From an uncultured Roseburia sp. (GTDB taxonomy: Bacteria; Bacillota; Clostridia; Lachnospirales; Lachnospiraceae): a DNA stretch of 64,000 nt. Under the pieces are notes generated by a model. It was not told the origin of the DNA and searched no databases. It saw nothing but the letters and a program-made list of their open reading frames with translations. This document shows positions 27,439-37,859 of this stretch, in pieces; the first letter of the stretch is position 1; every line of letters begins with the position of its first letter. Both the position numbers and the translations under genes were made by a program. The stretch is taken from the NCBI GenBank assembly GCA_964408625.1, contig CAYPAA010000001.1:63860-127859 (forward strand), in the 5' to 3' direction.

Positions 27439-30104
27439 CGATTTCTAACCTTTACCTGTAATTCATTTAGTGCATTCATCGCTTCCAGCGGTGTCATTTG
27501 GCTGATATCCATCTTTCGTAATTCGTCAATGATATCATCATCATTTATCGTATCAAAAAACGACATTTGTGCTAAATCCACTTCATCTAATTGTTTTTGT
27601 TTGTGACCAGCCGAGACGGTTTGTCCCTCCACTGCAATGTTCTTTGCCAAATCGACAATATCATTTTCGCACAACTCCGTCACGATACGATTTGCGCGTT
27701 CAATGACCTCGTCCGGAAGTCCTGCCAGTTTTGCAACTGCAATTCCATAACTCTTGTCAGCACCACCCGGAATAATTTTTCGCAGGAAGACGATATCATC
27801 GCCATTTTCTTTTACTGCAATACAGTAATTATGTACACCTTCTAATTTGCCTTCCAGCTCCGTCAGTTCATGGTAATGGGTTGCAAATAATGTTTTCGCC
27901 CCCAAAACTTTGATGTTGCTGATATGTTCCACAACTGCCCAAGCAATGCTCAACCCGTCGAATGTGCTCGTTCCGCGGCCGATTTCATCCAGAATCAGGA
28001 GGGAATCCCTCGTAGCATTTCGCAGAATGTTTGCCACCTCGTTCATTTCAACCATAAATGTACTTTGTCCGGAAGCCAGATCATCTGAGGCTCCCACTCT
28101 CGTAAAGATACGATCCACAATTCCGATGTTTGCAGACTTCGCCGGAACGAAGCAACCGATTTGCGCCATCAACACAATCAATGCTGTCTGTCGCATATAG
28201 GTGGATTTCCCTGCCATATTTGGTCCTGTGATAATGGATACACGCTGTTTTTTGTTATCTAAATAGGTGTCGTTATCGATAAACAGCTTATTTTCCATCA
28301 TCTGCTCAACAACGGGGTGACGTCCACCTTTGATATCAATCACCCCTTTTGTGTTTATGTTTGGTCTGGAATAATGATTCTTTTCAGCCACATGGGCAAG
28401 TGATGCAAACACATCCAATCTCGCCACTGCTTTTGCAGTCGTTTGAATTCTAGCGACTTGAAGCGCAATCTCGTTGCGCAACTCTTTGAAGAATTCATAT
28501 TCGAGGGAAATCAATTTGTCCTCTGCACCGAGAATCGTATCTTCCAGTTCTTTTAGTCGCGGTGTAAAGTAGCGTTCTGCATTTGCAAGCGTCTGTTTTC
28601 TCTGGTAATCTTCCGGAACCAGATCCTTGTAAGAATTTGTTACTTCCAGATAATATCCAAACACTTTGTTGTATTTGATCTTTAAATTCTTAATGCCGGT
28701 TCGATTTCGTTCTTCCGCTTCCAATTCTGCAAGCCACTGTTTTCCTTCTGTTTTTGCCTTACGCAAACGATCAATCTCAGGATGGAATCCATCTTTTATA
28801 ACACCGCCGTCACGAGATGAAATCGGCGGTTCTTCACAAATCGCATCGTCAATCATTTGATAAATATCCTGCAAATCATCGATTTCATCACGAAGTTTAC
28901 AAATCTCATCTGCTGTAAAATCTGCAAGAACCGTTTTTATATATGGCAACATGCCAATCGAATTTTTAAAGGCTAACAAATCGCGCGGATTGGCTGTCTG
29001 ATACACAATCCTTGTATTCAAGCGCTCCAAATCGTAAATAGGATTTAAGTATTCACGCAATTCTTCGCGCTGCACCATATGCGCAAACAACTCATCCACT
29101 GCATTCAACCGACCTTGTATCATAGCAACATCCGTCAAAGGCTGCTCGATATCATTTCGCAGCATTCGGGCACCCATGGCGGTCTTTGTTTTGTCCAGAA
29201 CCCAGAGTAAAGATCCGCGCTTTTGCTTTTCACGCAGTGTCTCTACCAGTTCAAGATTGCGCCTCGTTGATGAATCCAAAAGCATATAATTGCCGTTTAA
29301 ATAGGACTTAATGCTATGAATCTGGGACAAACTGTTCTTCTGCATTTCATACAGGTATTTTAAAAGAGCACCTGCCGAGATACTTCCTATCGGGAACTCT
29401 TCCAGCCCCAAACCTGAAAGGCGGCTTGTGTGAAAATGCTCCAGCAACAGCGGAACCGCAAGCTTCTCATCAAAATAATGTGCATCCAACTTGGAAAAAG
29501 AAATGTGCATTCGTTCCTTTAAGTCCTCTATATCAATACCGCTGATTGCGAAATTCTCATTGCAAACAATTTCAGAAGGATGGTATTTATTGATTTCATC
29601 CAGACAGGTACGATGAGAATCCACTTCCGTCACAAAGAAATCAGCTGTTGTAACATCTGCAATGGAAAGCCCATATCGGTCGCCATCATAAAAAATACCC
29701 ATAATATAATTGTTTTTGGATTCATCCAGCGACATTGCGTCCATATTTGTACCGGGTGTAACAATACGCGTAACTTCACGCCGCACAATACCTTTTGCTT
29801 CCTTTGGGTCCTCTACCTGTTCACAGACTGCGACTTTAAACCCTTTATTGATTAGCCGCGTCAGATATGTCTCGGCAGCATGGTGCGGAACACCACACAT
29901 AGGTGCCCTTTCTTCCAATCCGCAGCTTTTTTTTGTGAGTGTCAATTCCAGTTCTTTGGATACAACTTCCGCATCTTCAAAAAACATTTCGTAGAAGTCG
30001 CCAAGTCGATAAAACAATATATAATTGGGATATTCCGCCTTTGTCTGCAAATAATGTTGCATCATTGGGGTTAATTTTTCAAAATCTACACTTTTACTAT
30101 TCAT
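27432..30104 (-). CDS. mutS: DNA mismatch repair protein MutS
   Basis: TPMMQ, GDFYEMF, GPNMAGKS, STFMVEM, DEIGRGTS. Confidence 0.98.
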   Translation of the reverse strand: MNSKSVDFEKLTPMMQHYLQTKAEYPNYILFYRLGDFYEMFFEDAEVVSKELELTLTKKSCGLEERAPMCGVPHHAAETYLTRLINKGFKVAVCEQVEDPKEAKGIVRREVTRIVTPGTNMDAMSLDESKNNYIMGIFYDGDRYGLSIADVTTADFFVTEVDSHRTCLDEINKYHPSEIVCNENFAISGIDIEDLKERMHISFSKLDAHYFDEKLAVPLLLEHFHTSRLSGLGLEEFPIGSISAGALLKYLYEMQKNSLSQIHSIKSYLNGNYMLLDSSTRRNLELVETLREKQKRGSLLWVLDKTKTAMGARMLRNDIEQPLTDVAMIQGRLNAVDELFAHMVQREELREYLNPIYDLERLNTRIVYQTANPRDLLAFKNSIGMLPYIKTVLADFTADEICKLRDEIDDLQDIYQMIDDAICEEPPISSRDGGVIKDGFHPEIDRLRKAKTEGKQWLAELEAEERNRTGIKNLKIKYNKVFGYYLEVTNSYKDLVPEDYQRKQTLANAERYFTPRLKELEDTILGAEDKLISLEYEFFKELRNEIALQVARIQTTAKAVARLDVFASLAHVAEKNHYSRPNINTKGVIDIKGGRHPVVEQMMENKLFIDNDTYLDNKKQRVSIITGPNMAGKSTYMRQTALIVLMAQIGCFVPAKSANIGIVDRIFTRVGASDDLASGQSTFMVEMNEVANILRNATRDSLLILDEIGRGTSTFDGLSIAWAVVEHISNIKVLGAKTLFATHYHELTELEGKLEGVHNYCIAVKENGDDIVFLRKIIPGGADKSYGIAVAKLAGLPDEVIERANRIVTELCENDIVDLAKNIAVEGQTVSAGHKQKQLDEVDLAQMSFFDTINDDDIIDELRKMDISQMTPLEAMNALNELQVKVRNRW

Positions 30105-31695
30105 AATCTACCTGATACTTCTTTATAATCTCTTCTGCTACTTTCATGCCATCCATCGCAGCTGACATGATTCCACCGGCATATCCCGCTCCCTCTCCAC
30201 ATGGATAGAGTCCTTTGATATTACTTTCAAACGTGTCATCCCGGTGAATTCGGATTGGTGAGGAGGTTCTGCTTTCGATACCGGATAAAATGGCGTCTTT
30301 TCGATCAAACCCTTTGATTTTATGACCAAACAGTGCCATTCCCTCCAAGAACGAAGCGCGTATGTCCTGTGTAAACAATGGATTCAAATCAGAAAATGCT
30401 GTTTTCCCTTTTGTCTCCGACGAAAAACCACCATATGCACTGGATGAAATATTCTGAACAAAATCACCAAACAGTTGTTGTGGTATTTTCCCGTCACCAA
30501 GTGTAAATGCTTTCCTCTCGAGCGCTTCTTGAAATGCAATCGCACTCATCGGATGATGCATATCGTATTCCTTTCCACCAACAGAAACAACAATTGCACT
30601 ATTCGCATTGCAAGCATCGCGTCCGGAGTAACTCATTCCGTTTACAACCAACTGATTTGATACAGAGGACGCATTAACCACATAACCGCCCGGACACATG
30701 CAAAAGGAATAAACACCTCGTCCATTCTCAAGTTTTGTAGCCAGTTTATATGGTGCGGCAGGCAAATGGCTGTGATTCCCTTCACCGTACTGCGAGAGAT
30801 TCATCATTTCCTGTGGATGTTCTATGCGAAATCCAACTGCGAACTCTTTTGCAGACATTTGAACCTGCCGCTGATACAATGTGCGAAAGGTATCTCTGGC
30901 ACTATGCCCGATTGCCAAAACACAAATTTGTGTATCAATGGTATCCTGCACTGTTCTAAGACCTGACATTTTGTCTTTTTCGATGATAAAATCACATACT
31001 TTCGTTTCGAACAAAAACGATCCGCCCAATCGTTCAATTGCAAGGCGCATATTCTTTATGACAGTAACAAGAATATCTGTTCCGATATGGGGTTTTGCAT
31101 CCCAAAGAATGCTCTCCGGCGCACCAAATTTCACAAAGGTTTGCAACACATAAGCATTTTTTCCTATTTTATCTTTGACCAACGTGTTCAACTTTCCATC
31201 CGAAAATGTCCCGGCACCACCTTCTCCAAATTGAACATTGGAGTCCGGCACTAACATTCCTGTCTGCCAAAAGGAAAGAACGTCATTCGTTCGTTTTTCG
31301 ACGGAAGGCCCACGCTCCAATATCAATGGGCAAAAACCTGCCTGTGCCAATAAATAAGCACAGAATAATCCTGACGGTCCTGCACCAATAACAACCGGTC
31401 TCTTTTGAAGCAGACAATTTCCGGAAGCCGGCAATTGATAGTTCTGTTCTTTATATACAGAGATACGGCTGTTCTTATGCTGTTTTCTTAAAATGGAAGA
31501 TTCAAATGAACCCACAGAAACTGCCACAGAAAAAACATAAAAAATTTCCGGTTTTTTTCTGGCATCAATCGAACGTTTTAAAATACGATAACTATGTATA
31601 TTGGAAGCATCCATTCGCAAATATTGGGCAATATATAATTTAAAATCCTCTTCCCTGTATGTTGATGGTAGTTTTAACTGATTGATTTGTATCAT
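30097..31695 (-). CDS. FAD/NAD(P)-dependent oxidoreductase of unknown function
   Basis: GAGPSG, FGEGGAGTFSDGKL, SFCMCPGG, GEGAGYAGGI. Confidence 0.85.
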   Translation of the reverse strand: MIQINQLKLPSTYREEDFKLYIAQYLRMDASNIHSYRILKRSIDARKKPEIFYVFSVAVSVGSFESSILRKQHKNSRISVYKEQNYQLPASGNCLLQKRPVVIGAGPSGLFCAYLLAQAGFCPLILERGPSVEKRTNDVLSFWQTGMLVPDSNVQFGEGGAGTFSDGKLNTLVKDKIGKNAYVLQTFVKFGAPESILWDAKPHIGTDILVTVIKNMRLAIERLGGSFLFETKVCDFIIEKDKMSGLRTVQDTIDTQICVLAIGHSARDTFRTLYQRQVQMSAKEFAVGFRIEHPQEMMNLSQYGEGNHSHLPAAPYKLATKLENGRGVYSFCMCPGGYVVNASSVSNQLVVNGMSYSGRDACNANSAIVVSVGGKEYDMHHPMSAIAFQEALERKAFTLGDGKIPQQLFGDFVQNISSSAYGGFSSETKGKTAFSDLNPLFTQDIRASFLEGMALFGHKIKGFDRKDAILSGIESRTSSPIRIHRDDTFESNIKGLYPCGEGAGYAGGIMSAAMDGMKVAEEIIKKYQVDYE

Positions 31696-32942
31696 AATAA
31701 TCCTTTTACTGCATTTTTGCCGGATATGGCACCACTAGACCAGGCCCACTGCAGATTATAGCCGCCACAGATGCCGTCCACATCGACAATCTCGCCCGCA
31801 AAAAACAAACCGGACACGATGTTTGATTCCATCGTATGCGGATCAATTTCTGTTGTATCAATTCCACCTGCCGTGACCTGAGCACTTTTAAAACCATGTG
31901 TATCCGTTACGTTTACAGAAAATGCTTTTATGCAATGTAACAATGTTTCTATTTTTTCATCCGAACAGTCTCTCGCTTTTTCATTGGGATGAATGTCAGT
32001 GACAATAAGCAAAGCGTTCACCAGCTTATCATGAAACAACCCAATGAGAACATCTTTCGCCAAAGCTGTCACATCCGCCCTCATAAATCTTGCAATGAGA
32101 ATATCTTTACACTCTGCATATGTCTTTTCGGGCAGAAAATCAATTTTGACACATACCTGTTTTTGTTCGCTCAGTGCATAGGCAGCAATACGACTCAATT
32201 GAAAAACAACAATACCGGAAATGCCATGCTGTGTAAGTTGAAGTTCTCCAGTCTCTGTTCTCTGTGGATCCCCATCCACGAAAAGGGTAACTGCAGCTTG
32301 ACATCGAACGCCGGAAAGTGATGTGATGATAGCATCATTGACGTGTAGCTGCACCAGAGCAGGCATAATCGGTATGATGGTATGTCCCAAATTATTTGCA
32401 TAGTAATAGCCATCTCCATTACTTCCTTTGATATCAGAGGCCTTTCCTCCCATTGCCACAATCACACGCTGTGTTACAAACAAAGCATTTGGTGTTTTGA
32501 TTTCAAATCCCGGTCTCATCCTGCGAATTCCGGACACTTTAGAATGAAGGAATACATCGACCTGTAATCTTCTGATTTCACGCGTCAGAACCTCTAAGAC
32601 GGCGCTTGCCTGCATACTTCTCGGATACAGTAAACCTGCCTTTCTGTAAGGTTCAATACCAAGTTCCTCGAAAAATGCAACGGTTTCTTCCGTTGAAAAT
32701 TCTGTGAATACAGTCTTGAGAAAGTCAGGATTTGCACCATAGTAACAGGAATCATTCATAGTTTCATTTGCATAATTGCATTTTCCATTACCTGTTGCAA
32801 GTATTTTTTTGCCAAGAGAATCATTTACTTCGATAATCACAACGGAAGCACCGAGTCTCGCTGCCTGAATTGCCGCCATCATCCCCGCGGCTCCTCCGCC
32901 AAGAACTGCAACATCATATATCTTGTTTTTTGTTTTATTCAT
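31692..32942 (-). CDS. HI0933/YhiN/BaiN-family flavoprotein
   Basis: GGGAAG, KILATGNGKCN, GDGY, QVTAGG, GEIVDVDG.CGGYNLQWAW. Confidence 0.9.
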   Translation of the reverse strand: MNKTKNKIYDVAVLGGGAAGMMAAIQAARLGASVVIIEVNDSLGKKILATGNGKCNYANETMNDSCYYGANPDFLKTVFTEFSTEETVAFFEELGIEPYRKAGLLYPRSMQASAVLEVLTREIRRLQVDVFLHSKVSGIRRMRPGFEIKTPNALFVTQRVIVAMGGKASDIKGSNGDGYYYANNLGHTIIPIMPALVQLHVNDAIITSLSGVRCQAAVTLFVDGDPQRTETGELQLTQHGISGIVVFQLSRIAAYALSEQKQVCVKIDFLPEKTYAECKDILIARFMRADVTALAKDVLIGLFHDKLVNALLIVTDIHPNEKARDCSDEKIETLLHCIKAFSVNVTDTHGFKSAQVTAGGIDTTEIDPHTMESNIVSGLFFAGEIVDVDGICGGYNLQWAWSSGAISGKNAVKGLL

Positions 32943-33002
32943 AGTCTTCACCACAAGATATTGTATCACAATGTATGTTGATTCTCAAGAAAATACCGTG
33001 TC

Positions 33003-33353
33003 TTAACTACTATAATTTTCCAAAAAGTCGTACAGAGACTTTTCGTCATAAAAATGAATTCCTTCCACTACCTTTTCCTGTAAATCCTTCGGAAGATTCG
33101 ATACCGATATGTCGGTTGAAAGATATTTGATATGATCTTTTACATAGTATACTGTCAGCGTATCGGCCTCCTCCACCACAACATATTTATACTGCTTCGT
33201 CACATTACTTGGAACTGCCTTTTTAGGCTCTTCTTTTTGGACTATAGGTTCTATTGTATTGTCTTTGTATATTTCTACCGACAATGCTCCCATCGTCACA
33301 ATACATAATAGTCCATACAAAAAAATACAAATACGATTAGCCTTCTTCATCAT
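33003..33353 (-). CDS. BofC C-terminal-domain protein (sporulation-associated)
   Basis: Signal/TM segment then TDISVSNLP..LQE...GI...LYDFLENYSS. Confidence 0.7.
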   Translation of the reverse strand: MMKKANRICIFLYGLLCIVTMGALSVEIYKDNTIEPIVQKEEPKKAVPSNVTKQYKYVVVEEADTLTVYYVKDHIKYLSTDISVSNLPKDLQEKVVEGIHFYDEKSLYDFLENYSS

Positions 33354-33410
33354 TTCTCCTATCTTTATAAGAAAATCATTTGAAACACTAAAAGTATTTG
33401 TATTTTGTAA

Positions 33411-35072
33411 TTAATTATGCAATAAGTGAAATTTCTTTCCAAATTTCACAAGTAAATGACCTTTGGGAAAACGATTTAACTCATCTTCCGTCAAACCCTT
33501 CATCAGTAGTAAAACCACAAAATAGACAGCCATTCCCACGCAGATGCTCACGAGTACTGCAAGGGAATTGGAACCTACAAAGTGATTGATTGCTTCATAG
33601 AGAGCAAAGACAATCATCCCCATGACAACGGATGCAAACAATGGAATAAAATAGGTCTTACTCGGATTAATGTAAGCACCGCTATATCGTTTTAATGCCA
33701 AATCATTTAATATACAGACAGATAAGCCGTAAACATTGTTTGCAATGACAACTGCATAAATATTGAGGTCAAAGAATTCCATGAGTGCAAACAACACCAA
33801 CACATGTAAGAGAAGTGAAATCACCGCATTAATAACAGGCGTTCGCATATGATCAATCCCCTGCAACAACCCATTTGTCAAAGTTGACAGGCCAAACAAT
33901 ACGATGGACAATGAGCCCAACAGCATAATCATCATCGTTGTTTTATCATTATCTTGGAATAAGAGTATATTTAATGGTCTTCCCAAAATTGACATACCTA
34001 CCGCAGACGGGATGGCAATAATCATAATAAACCGTGTCGCCAGTGAAATCTGTTTGTTTACTTTATCAAAGTCTTTCGCATGAAAGGCTGTTGATAAACT
34101 TGGAACACTGGATGCAGCAAGCGACGATGCAATGGAGATTGGAACATTGGTCAGAACAATAAACTGACCGGAATACACGCCCCACCATTCACTGATTTGT
34201 TTTGCGCTATACCCCTGATGAATTGCTATATTTTTAAATACACCCTGATCGATAATCGTACTCACACTATATACTGTCGTGCTGAGCAGAATCGGCAGTA
34301 TTGTCAAAAGCAAAATATGCATAATGTCGCCATAACTTTCAACTCCGCGATGGTGATCTCTCCGCAATCTCTTTTTGAAACGTTTTCGATATGCAAAATA
34401 TACAAAAAGCATAAATAAAAACGCTAACAATGCGCCGGAAGCTGTTCCTATGGTACCGCCTGCAGCACCATAGGCGGCTGCATAATTATCGGCATCTCCA
34501 ATCATCTCCCCAATATTTTTTCCATACGAATAAAGCACATAAGCCGCAACAATACTGACAATGGCATTTAAAATTTGCTCTGCAACCTGCGAGAATGCGC
34601 TTGGAATCATCGTGTTCAACCCTTGGAAGAAACCACGAAATACTCCCAAAAGCGCTACCACAAACAATGTTGGGGCAAGTATCTTCAACGCAATCGCACT
34701 TAGCGGTGTCTTAAGTAGTGTTCCGGTAAAGAATTCTGCGCCAAAATATAAAATCAATGCGCCGGCGCCACCGCTGGCGATAGCAAAAAACAGTGCTCCC
34801 TTAAAAACGCGGAATGCATCCTTTACATGTCCTTTTCCCATGCGGGCAGCCACAAGCTTTGAGACAGCCAATGGTATGCTATATGAAGATATAATCAATA
34901 TAATATTGTAAACGCTAAAGGCTGTTCCGTAATAATCGTTACCTACTTTACCAATAATCGCCTTTAAAGGCATTCGGTATAACAAACCAACAATTCGACT
35001 GATAAAGGAAGCAACGGCAAGTATTGAACCTTGTAGCAGAAAACTTGCATCACTATTTTTGTTTTTGCTCAA
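33411..35072 (-). CDS. MOP-superfamily flippase (MurJ/YtgP/SpoVB-like)
   Basis: SRIVGLLYRMP, IPLAVSKLVA, RGFFQG, SQVAEQ; many TM segments. Confidence 0.88.
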   Translation of the reverse strand: MSKNKNSDASFLLQGSILAVASFISRIVGLLYRMPLKAIIGKVGNDYYGTAFSVYNIILIISSYSIPLAVSKLVAARMGKGHVKDAFRVFKGALFFAIASGGAGALILYFGAEFFTGTLLKTPLSAIALKILAPTLFVVALLGVFRGFFQGLNTMIPSAFSQVAEQILNAIVSIVAAYVLYSYGKNIGEMIGDADNYAAAYGAAGGTIGTASGALLAFLFMLFVYFAYRKRFKKRLRRDHHRGVESYGDIMHILLLTILPILLSTTVYSVSTIIDQGVFKNIAIHQGYSAKQISEWWGVYSGQFIVLTNVPISIASSLAASSVPSLSTAFHAKDFDKVNKQISLATRFIMIIAIPSAVGMSILGRPLNILLFQDNDKTTMMIMLLGSLSIVLFGLSTLTNGLLQGIDHMRTPVINAVISLLLHVLVLFALMEFFDLNIYAVVIANNVYGLSVCILNDLALKRYSGAYINPSKTYFIPLFASVVMGMIVFALYEAINHFVGSNSLAVLVSICVGMAVYFVVLLLMKGLTEDELNRFPKGHLLVKFGKKFHLLHN

Positions 35073-35100
35073 TGATTATCCTCAACGACTGATTTACTAC

Positions 35101-36159
35101 TTATTCTTCTGAAAACTTGCATTTGTCGGCATATTCTTTTTGAATAATGCAAACCCATGTTTTTCCGGGGTTTAACTTGATTTCTTCTCCATCTTCATCA
35201 TAGTAACGCGTGATGCCATCCTCTTCCTTTTCCCATATGACATCAATCATCTTACCATTTGTAAAGAATTTACCTTCTCCTGAGCCATCCACATCAATTT
35301 TTAAATATGGCGTGCCTTCATAGATTGCACTGTCAACATTCTGGAAAATGATGTTGGATACTGCAATCTGTTTTCCATCGACAGCATCGATTTGTTCGTC
35401 ACCAAACTCGAATCTCTGATATAACTTTGTCTTCTCATCATATACAAAACTTGCGCTATTCTGAATATAGTACAACTCAATTTTCTTACAATCACTACCA
35501 TCTTTTAATTTGTTTCTCTCGTCAGGAGCAACAAATGTATAATGGCTTTTTGCCGATGCATCATAGTTTCGCTGGTATCCTTTTACCTCAATACCATTTT
35601 CGATGCCTTCAGCACTCGTGTAGGCATTGTGTGGTGCAGGATGTTCATCTGTGCGGAAAAATGTAGCATTCACCGAACCGTCCAAACCATTTAAGTTATT
35701 TACATACCCGGAATTTAACAAATCCTCGGCATGCATACTTTGACCGAAATGAACATAAATCGCGTCAAACTCTTTTGCAAAATACGCGTAATATGGACGA
35801 CAGCTACGCACATTTCCCATCTGTGTCAACTTACTAAAGTCTTCATAGATTGCCATCAATCTTGTAATCCCGCCTTCTACCGGTGCTTCATAGATGACAC
35901 CTGCAGAATTGAGACCATATTGCGGCATGTTCTCTCTTGTGTTTTCTGTCATAACAGCAACCGGCCGTTTACTAGCAGTTTCTTTTGAAACCCACTCACC
36001 TGTCAACAGACTAACCGTATCGTTCTCATGTCCAGAACCGTCTTCTGCCACTTCCGTCAAGTTTTCTGATGGTTTTTGGATAACAAAAAATACGATACCA
36101 CCGATTGCAATAATCGCAATGATTACACTGACAATTGCAATGATTTGTTTCTTAGACAT
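35101..36159 (-). CDS. DUF3048 (YerB-like) membrane-anchored protein
   Basis: RPVAVMTEN, YEAPVEGGITR, VRSCR, APHN, LNPGKTW. Confidence 0.85.
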   Translation of the reverse strand: MSKKQIIAIVSVIIAIIAIGGIVFFVIQKPSENLTEVAEDGSGHENDTVSLLTGEWVSKETASKRPVAVMTENTRENMPQYGLNSAGVIYEAPVEGGITRLMAIYEDFSKLTQMGNVRSCRPYYAYFAKEFDAIYVHFGQSMHAEDLLNSGYVNNLNGLDGSVNATFFRTDEHPAPHNAYTSAEGIENGIEVKGYQRNYDASAKSHYTFVAPDERNKLKDGSDCKKIELYYIQNSASFVYDEKTKLYQRFEFGDEQIDAVDGKQIAVSNIIFQNVDSAIYEGTPYLKIDVDGSGEGKFFTNGKMIDVIWEKEEDGITRYYDEDGEEIKLNPGKTWVCIIQKEYADKCKFSEE

Positions 36160-36162
36160 TTT

Positions 36163-36663
36163 TTATTCCTCCCTCGTTATGTTTAGTTTATCTAAGATTG
36201 TAGATTGTTTTTCTTCCATGAGTGATGCCTCTGCATTTTCAATATGATCATATCCCATCAAATGCAACATACTATGTGCTATGAGAAATGCAAACTCTCT
36301 TTTTTCCGAATGACCATATTCCTTGGCCTGCGCCAAAACATGTTCCGTAGAAATCATAATGTCCCCCAACATCACCTCTCCGGTTTCCGGGTGAAAGATG
36401 TCTTCCATATCCTCTAAATAACGGAAATCTCCTGCTTTTTTATATTCAACCATCGGAAATGACAATACATCTGTTGCACAATCAATCTCACGGAATTCCT
36501 GATTCACTTGTTGAATCGTGTCATCATCTGTTAAGGTTAGACCAATTTCAACTTCATATGGAAATCCTTCTTCCGATAGAGATTCTTCAATAACATCCTT
36601 TGCTATTTGCCTGTAATCAAATGCAAATGGGACAGCTACCTCTTCTTCAAATAACAATGTCAT
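36163..36663 (-). CDS. ybeY: rRNA maturation endoribonuclease YbeY
   Basis: TDVLSFP, LGDI, HSMLHLMGYDH. Confidence 0.96.
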   Translation of the reverse strand: MTLLFEEEVAVPFAFDYRQIAKDVIEESLSEEGFPYEVEIGLTLTDDDTIQQVNQEFREIDCATDVLSFPMVEYKKAGDFRYLEDMEDIFHPETGEVMLGDIMISTEHVLAQAKEYGHSEKREFAFLIAHSMLHLMGYDHIENAEASLMEEKQSTILDKLNITREE

Positions 36664-37859
36664 AGCAACGAATCCTCCTGTACCAGTTTTTCTCTTATTT
36701 TCAAAAATTGATTTATGCTCATCTTTGATTCGTCATAGAATCCTTTTTGCGATAAATCGTTAAGTGTTTGATAAATCACCATATCCTGATTCCAAGTGCT
36801 CGACATCGTATCCTGGTCCAACAACTCTATCTTTGTAACCAAAGTATCAACCATATGTACAATAGCAGATTCCGGCGTTTGAGGCAACCGGAGAATACCA
36901 CCGTATTCTTCCATGACATCCATGACATCGGTTGGAAAGCAGTGATTGTTTGCAAGTTTTAGCGCATTGTCAATCTCCGGTTCCCCCTCCATCTTGCCAA
37001 GCCTGTAGTAAAAGCCTGCACAGGCTGCACACTCCTCGTTCGCACCAATCTCTCTGGCACAAAATGCAGCAAGTTTCGATACTCTCTTCGCGTGATTGTA
37101 TTCCGCCATCGAAAAATTCCGTATATCCCGCACCAAAGGATAGTTTTCTTCGATTAGTTTAAGATAATTTAGGTTCCTTTCCTCTTTTGACATGCGATAT
37201 AGCGGCAGATAGAGTGCCATAATCACGAGACAATTAATCAAACCACATAGAACCGCATATAGAAACACATTCCTTTCCATCTCAAGAAATGCAATATAGT
37301 AAAAAACGATTGGTATTATAATGTTTAGCAGGAAATATATGATATATACATAGAATACTTCCAGCCGTACCTTATCCTTTAAAAATGCGCTCAAGAGCAC
37401 ACCTAAAATAGCAAGAATGCAATAACAATAAAATACATTGACACTCAATCCGCAAGTGACACACTGCATAATGATGAAATACAAACCAATCGATAGCGAC
37501 AGGACATCATCTAAGACGGTTGTCAACAATACGCTCACAATCATTATCGGTGCAAAATAATCCGGACAGAACGAAAACGCAATCGTTGCACACCAACACC
37601 CCAACAGCGTGAGAAATAGTTTTTTATAACTTATGGACTGTCCGCCCGGCAGACGATTCTGTATCCTTTTTTTCATCAATGATAAAACAAATGCTATCAA
37701 AAAAACAATATTTACAGATATCAGACACAACAATTCATCCAATAACAACTCTGATCGATATGCCATGACCGCAATGCCGGCAATAAATGTGATAACAATC
37801 AATATAATATATCCAACTCTTCGCGTGGAAGCTTTAGCTTCGTTTCGTTCCTTTGGCAT
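36660..37859 (-). CDS. 7TM plus degenerate HD-domain protein (PgpH/YqfF-like)
   Basis: About 7-8 TM segments, then YNHAKRV...GFYYRLGK...PQTPESAIVHMVD; lies between phoH and ybeY. Confidence 0.75.
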   Translation of the reverse strand: MPKERNEAKASTRRVGYIILIVITFIAGIAVMAYRSELLLDELLCLISVNIVFLIAFVLSLMKKRIQNRLPGGQSISYKKLFLTLLGCWCATIAFSFCPDYFAPIMIVSVLLTTVLDDVLSLSIGLYFIIMQCVTCGLSVNVFYCYCILAILGVLLSAFLKDKVRLEVFYVYIIYFLLNIIIPIVFYYIAFLEMERNVFLYAVLCGLINCLVIMALYLPLYRMSKEERNLNYLKLIEENYPLVRDIRNFSMAEYNHAKRVSKLAAFCAREIGANEECAACAGFYYRLGKMEGEPEIDNALKLANNHCFPTDVMDVMEEYGGILRLPQTPESAIVHMVDTLVTKIELLDQDTMSSTWNQDMVIYQTLNDLSQKGFYDESKMSINQFLKIREKLVQEDSLL

